DNA of 64,000 nucleotides from Lingula anatina (GCA_051362555.1 CM120641.1:37144401-37208400), one strand, 5' to 3'. Counted from the first letter of the stretch, positions 24,005 through 37,061 are shown. The notes: generated by a model from the sequence alone, not told the origin. Numbers and translations are program-made.

Positions 24005-27000
24005 TAATTGTACCACCAGCGTTAGCGCTGGCGGTACACATGGTTTCGGTCCCGTCCGGATCGTTCCGCCGGCTCCGCCGGCTCCGCCGGACGGCTACCG
24101 TTACCGCTTCTCCTCCTAGACGGTAAGGGCCCCCGTACCCATCTCATGGATTTAGGTCACCTATAATCTCAACTCGTTCCACGTAAAATTTGGGCTTTGT
24201 CGGTATTGGGGTCTGGGTGTGGCACTCATTGCAATGCACCCTTGTCTAAAAATGGCAAAATTAAATGCTAATTATCTACCCTACGGAAGGAGTTATGGGA
24301 AAAATTTCTATAGACGGCTTTCCAAAAGTCATATGTGTAGATTTCAAATATACTCTTGGATTTGACCTTTGACCTTTACTTCAAGGTCAAATGGGCCAAA
24401 ATTTTCAAAAAAATTAAATTTTTTACGAAAAATTTTTTTTTTGCCCTGTTATTCAGACACCACACAGACTTAACCAATAATATTATTGGAAGGTGTTACC
24501 CTTCAGGTCATCTTTCATCTCCATGAATTTGGGGTCAATCGGTGCATTTTCACGGGAGTAGCGGCCATAAGAAACCGAAACTGAAAACTGTCTCTAATTC
24601 GGGAACCGTTAATGCTAGAGACCCATTCTTTTTTGCATTTTGTAGAGCATGTAAAGCCCAACACTGGAGGTGGTCTCGGTTTTTTTGTATTCCATACGGT
24701 TTTCGAGTTACGCTGTATCAAAAAGTACATATTGGTGGTAAAAGCAAAATGTGCAGTACTGTAATGGATAATAAATTTTGAACTCTGGAAAAATAAAACA
24801 TAAGGCTTGGCAAAGCAGACAACTTGTGTTAAAAAATGACATTATTTCATCAAATTTGAACTTCTGAAACTTCAGAGCACCTCCTATTTCAAGAATTTTG
24901 ACCAAAATGACATTTTCTTTATTTTAATTAATTTTTTCTGTACGAAATTTAAGGCACATTATGGTAACTCCAAAATTATAACATTTAGTTCCTTATATCT
25001 CCAAAACTGGCAGAGATAGGTCCATAGCTACTATTGAAGTTGAATAGGAAGTCATATACTGGCAATCTTACTATGACCTTGAAAGTGACCTTTGACCTAC
25101 TTTTCACCATGAACTGAACTTTGCAAATTTTTCTTCCCTTTTATCTCCAAAACTGGCAGAGATAGGTCCATAGTTACTATTGAAGTTGAATAGGAAGTCA
25201 TATACTGGCAATCTTACTATGACCTTGAAAGTGACCTTTGACCTACTTTACACCATGAACTGAACTTTGCAAATTTTTCTTCCCTTTTATCTCCAAAACT
25301 GGCAGAGATAGGTCCATAGTTACTATTGAACTTGAATAGGAAGTCATATACTGGCAATCTAAATGTGACCTTTAAATTGACCTTTGACCTACTTTTCACC
25401 ATAAACTGAACTTTGCAAAATTTGCTTCCCTTTTATCTCCAAAACTGGCAGAGATAGGTCCATAGTTACTATTGAACTTGAATAGGAAGTCGTATACTGG
25501 CAATCTAAATGTGACCTTAAAATTGACCTTTGACCTACTTTACACCATGAACTGAATTTTGCAAATTTTGCTTTCCTTTTATCTCCAAAACTGGCTGAGA
25601 TAGGTCCGTAGTTACTATTGAACTTGAATAGGAAGTCATATACTGGCAATCTAAATGTGACCTCAAAATTGACCTTTGACCTACTTTTCACCATAAACTG
25701 AACTTTGCAAATTTTGCTTCCCTTTTATCTCCAAAACTGGCAGAGATAGGTCCATAGTTACTATTGAACTTGAATAGGAAGTCATATACTGGCAATCTAA
25801 ATGTGACCTTGAAATTGACCTTTGACCTACTTTTCACCATGAACTGAATTTTGCAAATTTTGCTTCCCTTTTATCTCCAGAACTGGCTGAGATAGGTCCA
25901 TAGTTACTATTGAAGTTGAATAGGAAGTCATATACTGGCAATCTAAATGTGACCTTGAAATTGACCTTTGACCTACTTTTCACCATGAACTGAACTTTGC
26001 AAATTTTGCTTTCCTTTTATCTCCAAAACTGGCTGAGATAGGTCCGTAGTTACTATTGAACTTGAATAGGAAGTCATATACTGGCAATCTAAATGTGACC
26101 TCAAAATTGACCTTTGACCTACTTTTCACCATAAACTGAACTTTGCAAATTTTGCTTCCCTTTTATCTCCAAAACTGGCAGAGATAGGTCCATAGTTACT
26201 ATTGAACTTGAATAGGAAGTCATATACTGGCAATCTAAATGTGACCTTGAAATTGACCTTTGACCTACTTTTCACCATGAACTGAATTTTGCAAATTTTG
26301 CTTCCCTTTTATCTCCAGAACTGGCTGAGATAGGTCCATAGTTACTATTGAACTTGAATAGGAAGTCATATACTGGCAATCTAAATGTGACCTTGAAATT
26401 GACCTTTGACCTACTTTTCACCATGAACTGAACTTTGCAAATTTTGCTTCCCTTTTATCTCCAAAACTGGCAGAATTAGGTCCATAGTTACTATTGAACT
26501 TGAAAAGGAAGTCATATACTGGCAATCTAAATGTGACCTTAAAATTGACCTTTGACCTACTTTACACCATAAACTGAATTTTGCAAATTTTGCTTTCCTT
26601 TTATCTCCAAAACTGGCTGAGATAGGTCCGTAGTTACTATTGAACTTGAATAGGAAGTCATATACTGGCATTATAAATGTGACATTAAAATTGACCTTTG
26701 TCCTACTTTTCACCATAAACTGAACATTGCAAATTTTGCTTCCCTTTTATCTCCAAAACTGGCAGAGATATGTCCATAGTTACTATTGAACTTGAATAGA
26801 AAGTCATATACTGGCAATCTAAATGTGACCTTGAAATTGACCTTTGACCTACTTTTTATCATGAACTGAACTCTGCTAATTTCTTTCTCTTTTAACTTCA
26901 AACTTGACAGAGATAGGTCCATAGTTACTCTTGAACTTGAATAGGAAGTCATATACTGGCAATTTACTGTGACCTTGAAATTGACCCTTGACCTACCTTA

Positions 27001-27203
27001 CGAAGAACTTAAATTTGATTGTACCATATATATTTTTTGCAATAGTTTAAAAATTCTTGTTGATTGCATTTTTACAGCTTGTCAAGCACAAAACTGGTGG
27101 CTATGTCCCTTATTTTGTGTATGTGGGGGTCTATACGAATGCGCTTGCTCCAGCTGGTGGTACAATATTCGGAGGCGGTATGGCCTCTCTGATCCTCTAG
27201 TTA
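24005..27203 (+). mobile_element. Non-autonomous Helentron-like (HINE/DINE-1/pearl-type) element carrying a satellite array
   Basis: 5' TTGTACCACCAGC, then a short palindrome and a GC-rich microsatellite (CCGCCGGCT)n. Its 3' inverted partner GCTGGTGGTACAA (about 27153-27165) is followed by a small hairpin GGAGGC...GCCTCT and ends CTAGTT. An isolated 3' end of the same family lies at about 40963-41015. Confidence 0.75.
24995..27000. repeat. Tandem array of ~14 x 146-bp units
   Basis: The unit start TTATCTCCAAAACTGGCAGAGATAGGTCC recurs at 25141, 25287, 25433 and onward with a 146-bp period. Each unit contains TGACCTT..AATTGACCTTTGACCT. Confidence 0.95.
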
Positions 27204-27312
27204 ATACTTGTTTGTATTGCAACATTCATTTGGTCCCCTGTGCCCTTTACAAGACACAATATGCATGATATTTGAACTAAATTCACTAGTATACTTATGT
27301 TTTAGGTAAGCC

Positions 27313-30300
27313 ATGATGGCTGTTGTTTCTACATTGATATCACACCTTGCGCTAGATCAGATTTTCTTCAGTGGTGATATAAAAACAACTACGGTGGCAA
27401 TAGCGATCACAGGATCATTGTGTTGTTCCATCGTATGGCTTATTGTGCATTTGCTGGTCACCCTCAACCCAGAGTCTACTACATTTAGAGCAAGGCGGAA
27501 AAGCAAAGGAGATTCAGTTGCATCATTCCACATAAAGAGAGCCAGTAGTCTGGTAACTATTACACACTAGATTTTTTGCTCTATTTGCAATGTATTGTAT
27601 ACGATAGCTGTGGGAAGAATTATGCAGGTGTTATTTGAAGTTCAATCAATTATTGTTGGGCAAGAGATTACATTTGTAATGGGTATATGAAACTTGCTTA
27701 CATTAGCATGTTCTGATGACATGGATATTGATTTTTTAGCACCTTGCAAGAGAATAATTTTCTTTGCATTATCTCCCACTAGTACATGTAAATTGATGAT
27801 AAATTAATTTTGATATGATAATGTATATTTTAGCAAAATAGAAAGAATCTTCAAAAACAAAGTTCAAGTCAAAGGAAACACTTGAGGCAGGTCCTACACC
27901 GGGACAGTCTCAGTGTTATCTGCATAAGGTAATTTGATTCAATGTTATTTAAGTATAATAAATTGAAGTATTTGACATTAAAAGTTAAAACAGAATGCAC
28001 ATGTCATTTTTAACTACATATTAATCAGATATTTTTGATATGTTTTTTAAAAAAAAAAATGTACACTTCACAATTAATATATTCATTGAAAAGGGAGGAA
28101 AAAGGGTACCAAAAGAAAAAAGTGCAGGTGTTTTTGTATGTCTGCAATAAAATTGAATGTGTAAACATGCATTAGCATGTTAAACCACATCCAATGAATG
28201 TTGAAGCAAATAAATAAAAGCACTTAGACACCTGTGTTATTCAGGTACACTGAGCCACGTATGTACTTAATGTTTGTGCAACATTATTAGGGCACATTCA
28301 GATTTACACTTTATACATTGTACTAGCTGGGTCAGTCCAACTCTGTAGGGAATTCCGGCTAAAGTGCAATTAGTGGAATCAGCTTATTCAGCACACAACA
28401 GTTAATTACCTAGCATTCAAGGTGTGTCAGACAGTTAAGCTGATTCCACAGATTGGACTTTGGCAAGATTCCCCCAGGGATTTTGACCGACCAGTTATTA
28501 CTATGTATGAATATGAATGCAGCCTTAGTCTTCAGTGATTTTTGTGACTTTTAAGTGACCCCTTGGCTGTCTCACCCTTGATCAGTTATATAATGTTGCA
28601 GTAAATGGAAGTCATTAGCTGTATAACATAAGTGTGTGTGTGTGTGTGTGTGTGCAAATATATATTTCTGTTTGTTGTGACTGTCGTGTTATTTTATGTT
28701 GTCAAACTTTGAAAAAAATCAGTGGTTTAATTCAGAAGACTAATAATTGTTATGCAATCATACTGCAATTGGATTTTTTTTTCAAAATCACATTCAGTCA
28801 CTTTCCTCTTTTACAAATCTTAATATTCTTGAGATATAAAATTTCTTTGATATGTTGCATTTCTGTGGGTTTTTATTTGTCTATGCCTTATTTCACACTG
28901 CATTGTAGTTCTATCTGAATGCCAACATAGGTTTTAATCTTTAAACTTTTTAATTATTTCATATTTATCTGATACCTTATTTCAAATATTATTTTGTCTC
29001 CTTGCAAATGGTTTGTCTGTACATGCTCTATTTGAGATTTGGTCATGGTAAGACTTTTGGGACATACAGACAAGCAACATTAAGAAAAAAACGCAATCAG
29101 GTTGCAGTTGCACAGCAACGAATTCCTCGCTTAATGTGTCAGACGTTCTTGTTTCCAGGCCTGCCATTTAATATAACTGAAACATAATTACAACCTTAAA
29201 TGTCAGCTTATTGCTTATTGTATGTCTGTCCTTGCATGTATTTTAGTTGTGGTCTTAATGAGGCTCACTGGACATGCCGGCTGGTACTGTGTGAAACTTG
29301 CTGCCTTTCCAGTAAATATACTACCTGTGACTTGGGGCTGGCAGACATTGATGCCAGAGTCAAAGTAAGCAACCATGATGTGAAGAAACCTAAAGAAATT
29401 GACTTAAGGTAAGCTCGGGGCTATTGGACAATTTCCAAGTTATTTCTTATTTCTAGGTCTAGTGACTTGTCATTTATGTAAGAATTTCAGTATGCAAAAA
29501 AAAGTTAGAGAGAAGAATTGATTATTTTTTCAAGTTCCACCAAAGATGTTCTTGAAGTGTTTTAATTCTTTAGATCTAAAGAATTTTATTTGCAAGCATA
29601 TCTTATATATTTTCCAGGATTGACAAGTCTGTATTTCTTACTCTTTTCAGTTATTTTCAACTGACTTCTTGTCCAAGTAGAATAGGATATGTGGGAGCCC
29701 AGCTAATTGTTTTGAATCTGTCCAACAACTGTTTGTCCGACCTTCCCAAAGAGATTGGATTTCTATTAGGCCTAGAGGAGCTGTACTTACAATACAATGG
29801 TTTGAAGGAATTGCCAGTAAGAAGCTACATTGTAAAATTCTTTAATCACAAAGGAATATTAAGATTTAATCTTTTTTCTCAAGATGAAAATAACAATTAA
29901 TGTATTTAAGTCTGTATTTTATTTGATGAAAAAAGTGCTCATTTAATAACTTGGAATTTACTTGCCCCATATAATAACCTCAAAATAAAAGGTGATATCG
30001 CTATTCACAATCCGTGATGCTTTCAAGTTACGGAGCCCTGGTATGCTGGCATGACCCCAGTCATACTTCACAATCTACTGATTGTGGTTATAAATAGATC
30101 ATGAATAGTCAATTTATCTGAACAGTATTCAAGAACTTCGGAGGTGCAAAACAAGCCAGGCCAAGTTATTTTTTACCTACTTCTTTCATTTTGTATCTCA
30201 TACCATGTACACACAATAGACATCTTTTTTATTTACAACTGGTTTTGTGCTAGCTCACCTAATACTAGAAATATGATACTTTTTCTTTTGTCACCAGGAC

Positions 30301-33300
30301 AACATTGGCAATCTGTCAAAGTTAACTGAACTAGATGTGAAACATAACAGCCTGACAAGTTTACCAGGTGAGAATTAAATATTGTGAACTCCCACTGACA
30401 ACTTTGTCGTCAGATTGATAAAAGCTCTTCTTTTCTCTGAATGATAAAACTTTCACATAATCAGTATTATATTTGGTGATTATCTCATTGGTCAATATTC
30501 AATTTTCTCAGACCTTGAATTCCTGGATGATAATCTGTGATAATTATTGAATGATAAATTGTAAAACTTAGGTTGATTTAAAACTTTGTGTCTGTAATAT
30601 TAATTGATATAAAAAATGGTGCTTGCCTTTATTTTGTTTTAATATTGGATATAAAAAGTTATTTTAAAAAATAAATCATTGATGTCAATGTTTTTGGTGT
30701 TTGTAAAAAAAATCTATATTAGAATTTTTGTTAATTCTTTTTTCAGATTCCATTGGTAACTTGAGCAGTTTAAACGTGTTAAATTTAATGAACAACAAAT
30801 TGGTATCTTTGCCACAAACAATTGGGCAGCTAACATCATTAGAGGTTTTATATGCAAGGTGAGAAAAAATGCCCTAGACTGATTTTTAAAGTTAACAACA
30901 TTGATCTATAATTTAGACTGAATATTAAAAGCTGTACATAGAATAATTATGGTATGACACAATTCATAATTCTTTGGTATATGTTTTCTAATTTCCAGTA
31001 AAAAATAGATTTTAATCTCATATTTCAGTAACAATAATCTAATATTCTTGCCAGAAGAGTTATGTGATCTTAGCCAATTGAATGTAAGTATGTGGTAGTT
31101 GAGTGTCATACAGAAAATATAATTTTACATGGGAGTGTTATTCTAAATAGTTATGTTGTGCTGATCTTTTTCAAAAGAATAGACATAGGAAATAATACAA
31201 TTGTATTTTGACCTTGAGTAAATCATTGTTTACGTGAGTGATGAGCAGCATTTTAATTGGAAGTGCATGATTTTGTTGTGTATCACAGTAAACAAAAACC
31301 TTTTGAGAATGTCTTGGAAATATAGTTTAAACCTTTTTCTCATACATTAGTCTCTGCACCTATGTGGCAACCAGTCTTTGTCAATCTTGCCAGAGAACAT
31401 GGGGAACCTTGTACGTCTTGCAGAGTGTGATGTCTCAGACTGCAACCTCATTCATCTCCCCAACTCATTCTCAAAGTGCAGAGCTCTGGTCAAGGTGTGG
31501 TGCAGCAATAATAGGTTAGTTGGTCTAAAAAAAACAATACTGTATGCAAATGTGTTAAATGAGAGAAGGAATCCCCCTTCTGTAACTGTACCCTCCGATG
31601 TTACAAAATTTATGTTGATCCATAACAATTATTACACGTGCCTAACATGTAGATTGTCATTCGCTTTTGTGCAAAATGTTTTATATGCTTAATTCAGACA
31701 CGTTTTATGCCACATTAAAAAATATTTAGTTAGAATATCATTATTCAGATATCATTATTCAGAATATTTTGAGAATAAAAATAAAAGTGACTTTCAAAGC
31801 CATGATCTCAACATGACTATTTTGTTGCTTTTTTACATTCCAATTTTTAAATTGGAATGTAAAAAATACAAAACAGTGACAGATTTTCTATGTCATAATC
31901 CATTTCTAGACTGATCAGTTTGCCAGAACACATAGGACAGCTCCACCAGCTCAGGGAATTACACATCAGAGACAACAATTGCCAGCACCTGCCAGCCTCA
32001 ATGGTCCATCTGGACCTGTATGTATTTAGTGGTAAGTGCCAACATCTATAGGCTCAGGATTCTCTGTAAGGTGAGATCACTCTGATCTTTTTTCAAAACC
32101 ATGCCCCTTCCATCTTTATTATCTCTCAAATTCCTTTAAAAGAGAACAAAAAAGTGATGTTTTTGAAAATAATGCCAGTCTTAATTTAAGGAATATTTTG
32201 TGGGTGAGAGATCTGAAAAAATTCTTTCTTGTAATATGTGATTTGATGTATATTCCAATGTATATCCCATTGTAATTTTGCACAAAAGAGCAAAACATCA
32301 ATACATATACATTTGGACATTATGTTTGTAGTTTCATTTGAAAAGTTTCACTTGTAGCCATGCACAATCCACTATATGAAGAAAACCACAAGGAGATCAT
32401 GCAGACCTCCCAAAAAATGCTCCATCCAGCTCCAGTTGCCACCTTGGTGGAATTGGCTGCTAGGTTTATCACCATTAGGAAAATTCCTTGGGACCATGAA
32501 AACTTACCTGCTATTTTAAAAGGTAAAATATAAATGTAACATAAATGTAATTTTTTTGTGTTAATAATTCAGCGGAGAAATTAATTCTTAATATATTTGT
32601 CTGTAAACCTTATTAACATTTTCAGGAGCATATAAATCAAATTATTGAACTTGTGTGGTAAGATTCAGTGACAAACCAGTGTAGTGGTCTCACCATGAGG
32701 CATTTTACTAATGACCTATCATCAGTGTCATATGGCCAAAAATCCTGTCCAGCGTTTCTTACCAGGTGTGAAAGAAAGACCTGAGACTCCCTTTTATATG
32801 TAAAGTGTAATATTTTCCACCTGCTTCCAAGTAGCCCCTTTGATGCTTTGTTTACTCCATTTTCCATTAAAAGTGTAGTTATTTTTTTCTTTTAAGTGAC
32901 AAGTGCCACAGATGTGAAGATTAATAGCTGGGTTTTGGCGTTCATTGGTAAAGTGTCTTGTATGTTGATTGACTGTTTTGTTTTTCTTGTGTAAGTTTCC
33001 TAGCAGTCACTGGTGCTACTCACAGCACCTTACACATTATTGGACTGCTTTCTTTCTTTCTGCATTGGTGATGCTTGGAAGTGGTAGTTTGGTATTATGG
33101 ATGGTTTTGAGTTTCTGTCATAACTAATTAATGACTTTCTGTCATTACTAATTATCAACTTGAGTTGATGGATTCAGTTTTTTAAAATATTAAAATACAG
33201 CAGACTGTGATAAGTTCAGCATCGGGTGGTTTCATGGATATTATTGCATAGTGTAACCCTTTAACTGCAAGATGATATATACAGAACAGTGGGCTTAACA

Positions 33301-36035
33301 ATGGCTGAACTTTTCAAGGCTGCTCAGGACCGGGACTGTTGGAGGCGTACTGTTGCATGTGCCACGGCAAGTCAGCCTTGACCCTTCCGTCTCTGATGAT
33401 GAACCCTTTAACAAGGAAGTCTCATCAGACAAGTTTTTGACTCACATTGACACTTCCAGCATGGTCTCTGCTGCTTTACCCTAGGTTCTAGATTCCGGTA
33501 TTGCCAGCTCGATCTTGATTTCATATATAACCCATATCAGCAATACCAGTAAAAATGACTGCAAGGTATATTTAATATTTACAAGCTAATTTTTACGTTG
33601 CTCTGACACTCAGGGTATGCTGCTTTAGATTCCTATCAGACTTCATCAGAGTCCGCTTATGAAACTTTGGTCATTTGGTCATTTGAGCTTTTGCAGGAGC
33701 ACTTATATTAACTGCTTGTATGCTTTCTGCATTTCATAAGATACTATTAGCATTACATCCTTTTAAATTGCTTGAAAGTTCAATATTTCATGGTGTTCAG
33801 TTAAATGCTCATAGAGACATCTCAGGTTTAAGGGGTCTAGGATATTAAAAATACGTCTAAAATTCGATTTTTAGTTTTTTATACGTTAGAAATAATCAAT
33901 TTTGTATCTAATACTCAATTAAGTTATATTTGTGAAACACGGACTAAAAATATACATTTGGACGAGTTTTTCTACCTGTCCTGACTGGTACGGGTGGCAG
34001 GCTTTAGGCTCCGCCTCCGTTGTCAAGCACCGTTACTATGGGGGACGGGGCAAGAATGGTTGTCTAACTTCTTAAGCTGTTACGCGTGCCCTGGCAGCTC
34101 ATAAGTCTTACGTCAGCTAAGCAGAACACAGTTATATACACAGTCATGGGAAGAAAGAAAGTCGTGAGAAAACGGATGAGCGAGGAAAGCAAGAGAATTT
34201 TGAAAGAGAGTGTACGATATATTAAATTTTCTCCTATAGCGTCTAAATACACGTCTAGGTATAGACTCGAGATCACACTTGAACTGCTGAGTATTCGTAC
34301 AACGTCTGGGGTTGTCAGAAAAAAATCGTTAGGCAATCATTTTATGCACAATAAAGATTGTAATAAGCAAGCAAGTTTTTAAGTAATATTGCCACCCAAA
34401 ACATTTTCAAATTCGCATATTTCGGTCTTGGCACTCTGTGGCATCATGGCATATGAGTACCCACATTCGGCCATTTCTCGGAGTAAATCTTGCTTTGCTT
34501 TCTCAATTTTTGCGTCTTGGTGTGTAGAGCGGCGTCCACGCACGACGGGTGGCAAATTCCCTCTGCTGGCACACCAAGTAATCCTCTTTTTGTTTGTAAG
34601 CGCTTCCTTAGACACTTCCTAGACAGTGCACAGACTCCTACTGCGTCAGGCACAATTATGATTAATTACGTCAGTGAAACGAGAGAAGGTATACCTACTC
34701 AGCTGTCAATCATTTCTCAGGGAAGAGCGGCTTTCGTGGTACAAATAAGTTTGCGTACAAAAGTAAGATTTTCTGGCATCTAGATAGAAACAAACAACCT
34801 AATTTTAACACGTAATGGTGTATAGACCTTCCCGATCAACAAGATGATAACAGGTAAGGTGGAGGTGCAATTATTTTGCTTAAATAGCCCAATTACCTGA
34901 GCAAAATGGTTTAGGAGCGATTTCTCAGCTTTGAAGATTGATAACATAGTCTAAACTTCAATACCCATATCTCATTCTGTAACTGTCAGATTGACATGAA
35001 ATTTGATGTGTCTCTGTTTCAGTATAATATCTAGTCAACTGAGTCTTGGTTTTTGGATTGACCTTTTTTTTTTGAAGTTATTAATACTGAAATTGGAAGG
35101 TCCATATATATTTCGTAAAATTCACGTTTTATCAAAATAAAATCAAAAGTAAAAATAAAAAGAGAAAATCCTGACAGAGTTCACTGGAGTTTGTGCTAAC
35201 TTTTAGATAGCTATTTCAATCGTATTAATAGGGCTTTTTGTTTAAGAGAAATTCTTGATTAAAAAAAAGACAATTTTAGCCTCAAAACGCTGATATTACG
35301 TCACTCGTGTTACACTGTGACTACAAACTTTGAAAAATTGTTTGGCTTGCTAGACCTTATCTTTAAGTTAATAGGAAATTTCATTAGCTGCATTAGTTTT
35401 GGACTTTTTCGTTAATATCCTAGATCCCTTAACCTAAGGTAATAAGGATTGCTCACTACAATGTACCTTCCTAGTTGTATTTTCAAAGGTTTAAGGATGA
35501 GATTTTGGTGTCTGTGCCATCAGTTCAATTTGTCATTGAATTTTACTTCTCAAGTTCAAAGATTTTTTAAACATATTCTTGATTCTAATTTTCCTGGATT
35601 ACTAAGGACATTTGGTCATGAATGACCTTATGTCTTTAAGATTATACATAATCTGTTTGTATATATGCAGTTTCATGAAAATTTCAAAAATATTATTTTA
35701 AACATTTTGCTTGACTAATTATAGTACTGGTATTAGGATTCAGTCTAGTTCATCAGATTTTATATGAACAATAGTAGGAAAATATTATTATTATTATTAT
35801 TATTAGTATCTCATCTAGAATTTTGAGTTAATGAGAATCATTTTCCTATCCAGACTTGTTGCTCAGCAGGCGGAATTGCTCAATGTGTGAATGCCCAGTC
35901 TTTGAACACTTCTTCTTGGAGCTGAAGTTTCAAACGATCAGTATAGCGCAGCGAATTCCAGTACATACACAATTGTGCGAACAGTGCTTTCAAGTTGGAA
36001 GAAAGAAGACAAAAACTGATATCTCTCCAGACTGA
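27313..36035 (+). CDS. Leucine-rich repeat protein with C-terminal BC-box-like and CxxC...CxxC module (LRRC28/58/69-like), N-terminal hydrophobic segment, ~510 aa
   Basis: Phase-consistent GT-AG exons: 27313-27552, 27834-27928, 29247-29408, 29651-29816, 30298-30367, 30747-30858, 31029-31083, 31351-31514, 31910-32031, 32358-32522, 35854-36035. About nine LxxLxLxxNxLxxLP repeats are followed by PVATLVELAARFI..LPAILKDLL and CSMCECP...LCEQC. The first exons are less certain than the LRR exons. Confidence 0.8.
28289..28525. mobile_element. Degenerate Harbinger-like palindromic MITE
   Basis: GGCACATTCA...TGAATGCAGCC termini with internal inverted GTGGAATCAGCTTA / TAAGCTGATTCCAC. Confidence 0.6.
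33266..33401 (+). mobile_element. 5'-truncated RTE-like LINE 3' end with target-site duplication
   Basis: Reads LTMAELFKAAQDRDCWRRTVACATASQP* (AQDRxxWR motif) with a (TGA)n tail. It is flanked by an 11-bp AACCCTTTAAC duplication (33255-33265 and 33402-33412). Confidence 0.8.
33832..35428. mobile_element. Non-autonomous DNA transposon with TTAA target duplication, Kolobok-like
   Basis: TTAA|GGGGTCTAGGATATTAA...TTAATATCCTAGATCCC|TTAA: 17-bp TIR with one mismatch and RR..YY ends. The interior is CpG-rich with short convergent ORF remnants. Confidence 0.8.
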
Positions 36036-36372
36036 TACTAATAGAAGATTTAGAGTCTTCTTTCTCTGGTGCTTACATTTGTGATGCCCAAGATCAACTT
36101 ATCACTTTTCTTCATTGGCCTTTATCAAAACTATATTTAGTAAACGAGTGATGCCGTTTGTCATCAAATGTTAATGGGAAAGTTTATTTTCTTTTCATGA
36201 ACTCATCCAAGGAAACATATCGATTGTACAGTTTATATAAAAATTGACTTGTTGTCTTGTAACCATTTCACAGTCATTTCGTTAATTTCAAGAATTAGAA
36301 TGTTCTTTCTTAACAATTGATGCTACATTTATTTATGACATTGTAGGAAAAACAGATACAAAGAGTTTGTAT

Positions 36373-36600
36373 TTAGACGTCTTTCATTGATCTACCAATA
36401 ATTGGTCCATGAGATAAACTCATCTTTTACACTAATTTTTTACTATTAATGTAAAAGCAGAACCATTGAAAATGGTTTCTGGTCTTTGTTATTAGACGTC
36501 TTTCATTGATCTACCAATAATTGGTCCAAGAGACGAACTCTTTTTTACCCTAATGTTTTACTATTTATGTAAAAGCAGAACCATTGAAATTTGTTTTTGG
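36373..36600. repeat. Two-copy ~119-bp tandem duplication downstream of the LRR gene stop
   Basis: TTAGACGTCTTTCATTGATCTACCAATAATTGGTCCA...GTAAAAGCAGAACCATTGAAA at 36373 and 36492. Confidence 0.9.
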
Positions 36601-36962
36601 TCATTTTTAATAGTTTATTTTCAATATTGTATTTTATCTCTTCATGTCAAGGCAGTTCTTTTACATGTAATTCTGTGAATGATGTACTGTGCAGGTAATA
36701 AAGTTGAACTTCTTAACAAATTTTAATTCAAATAGTAAAGACATAAAATTTGCACAAGTGTCATTGAGATTGGTCTGCTTTTTAGACAACAATGATCAGA
36801 ATGAACGTAAAATATATACAAACACAGTGACTCATTTTAGTGTAAAGTAATGACTGTTTAATCTTTTTAACTTTTTTTCAGGATGTTTGATTCACCTTCC
36901 ATAATTCAGGGATAGTTTAAGTGATGACAATCACTTTGCAACAAAATACAATTATTAATTCA

Positions 36963-36993
<31 letters not shown>

Positions 36994-37061
36994 TTAACTG
37001 CAATGTCCTGCCTCACATTTTAGAAAAATTGCACTTTTCTTTTATAGTTCAAAATTTAATC

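Noticed and set aside
24995-27000. Regular repeat array as a CRISPR array, or the repeated MVKSRSKVNF ORFs as genes
   Set aside because: Whole 146-bp units are repeated with no unique spacers and no cas genes, in a eukaryotic context. The ORFs are by-products of the satellite.
32627-32649. Alternative short terminal exon of the LRR gene (GAYKSNY*)
   Set aside because: Only an AG and a short frame support it. The 35854-36035 exon completes the expected Cys module.
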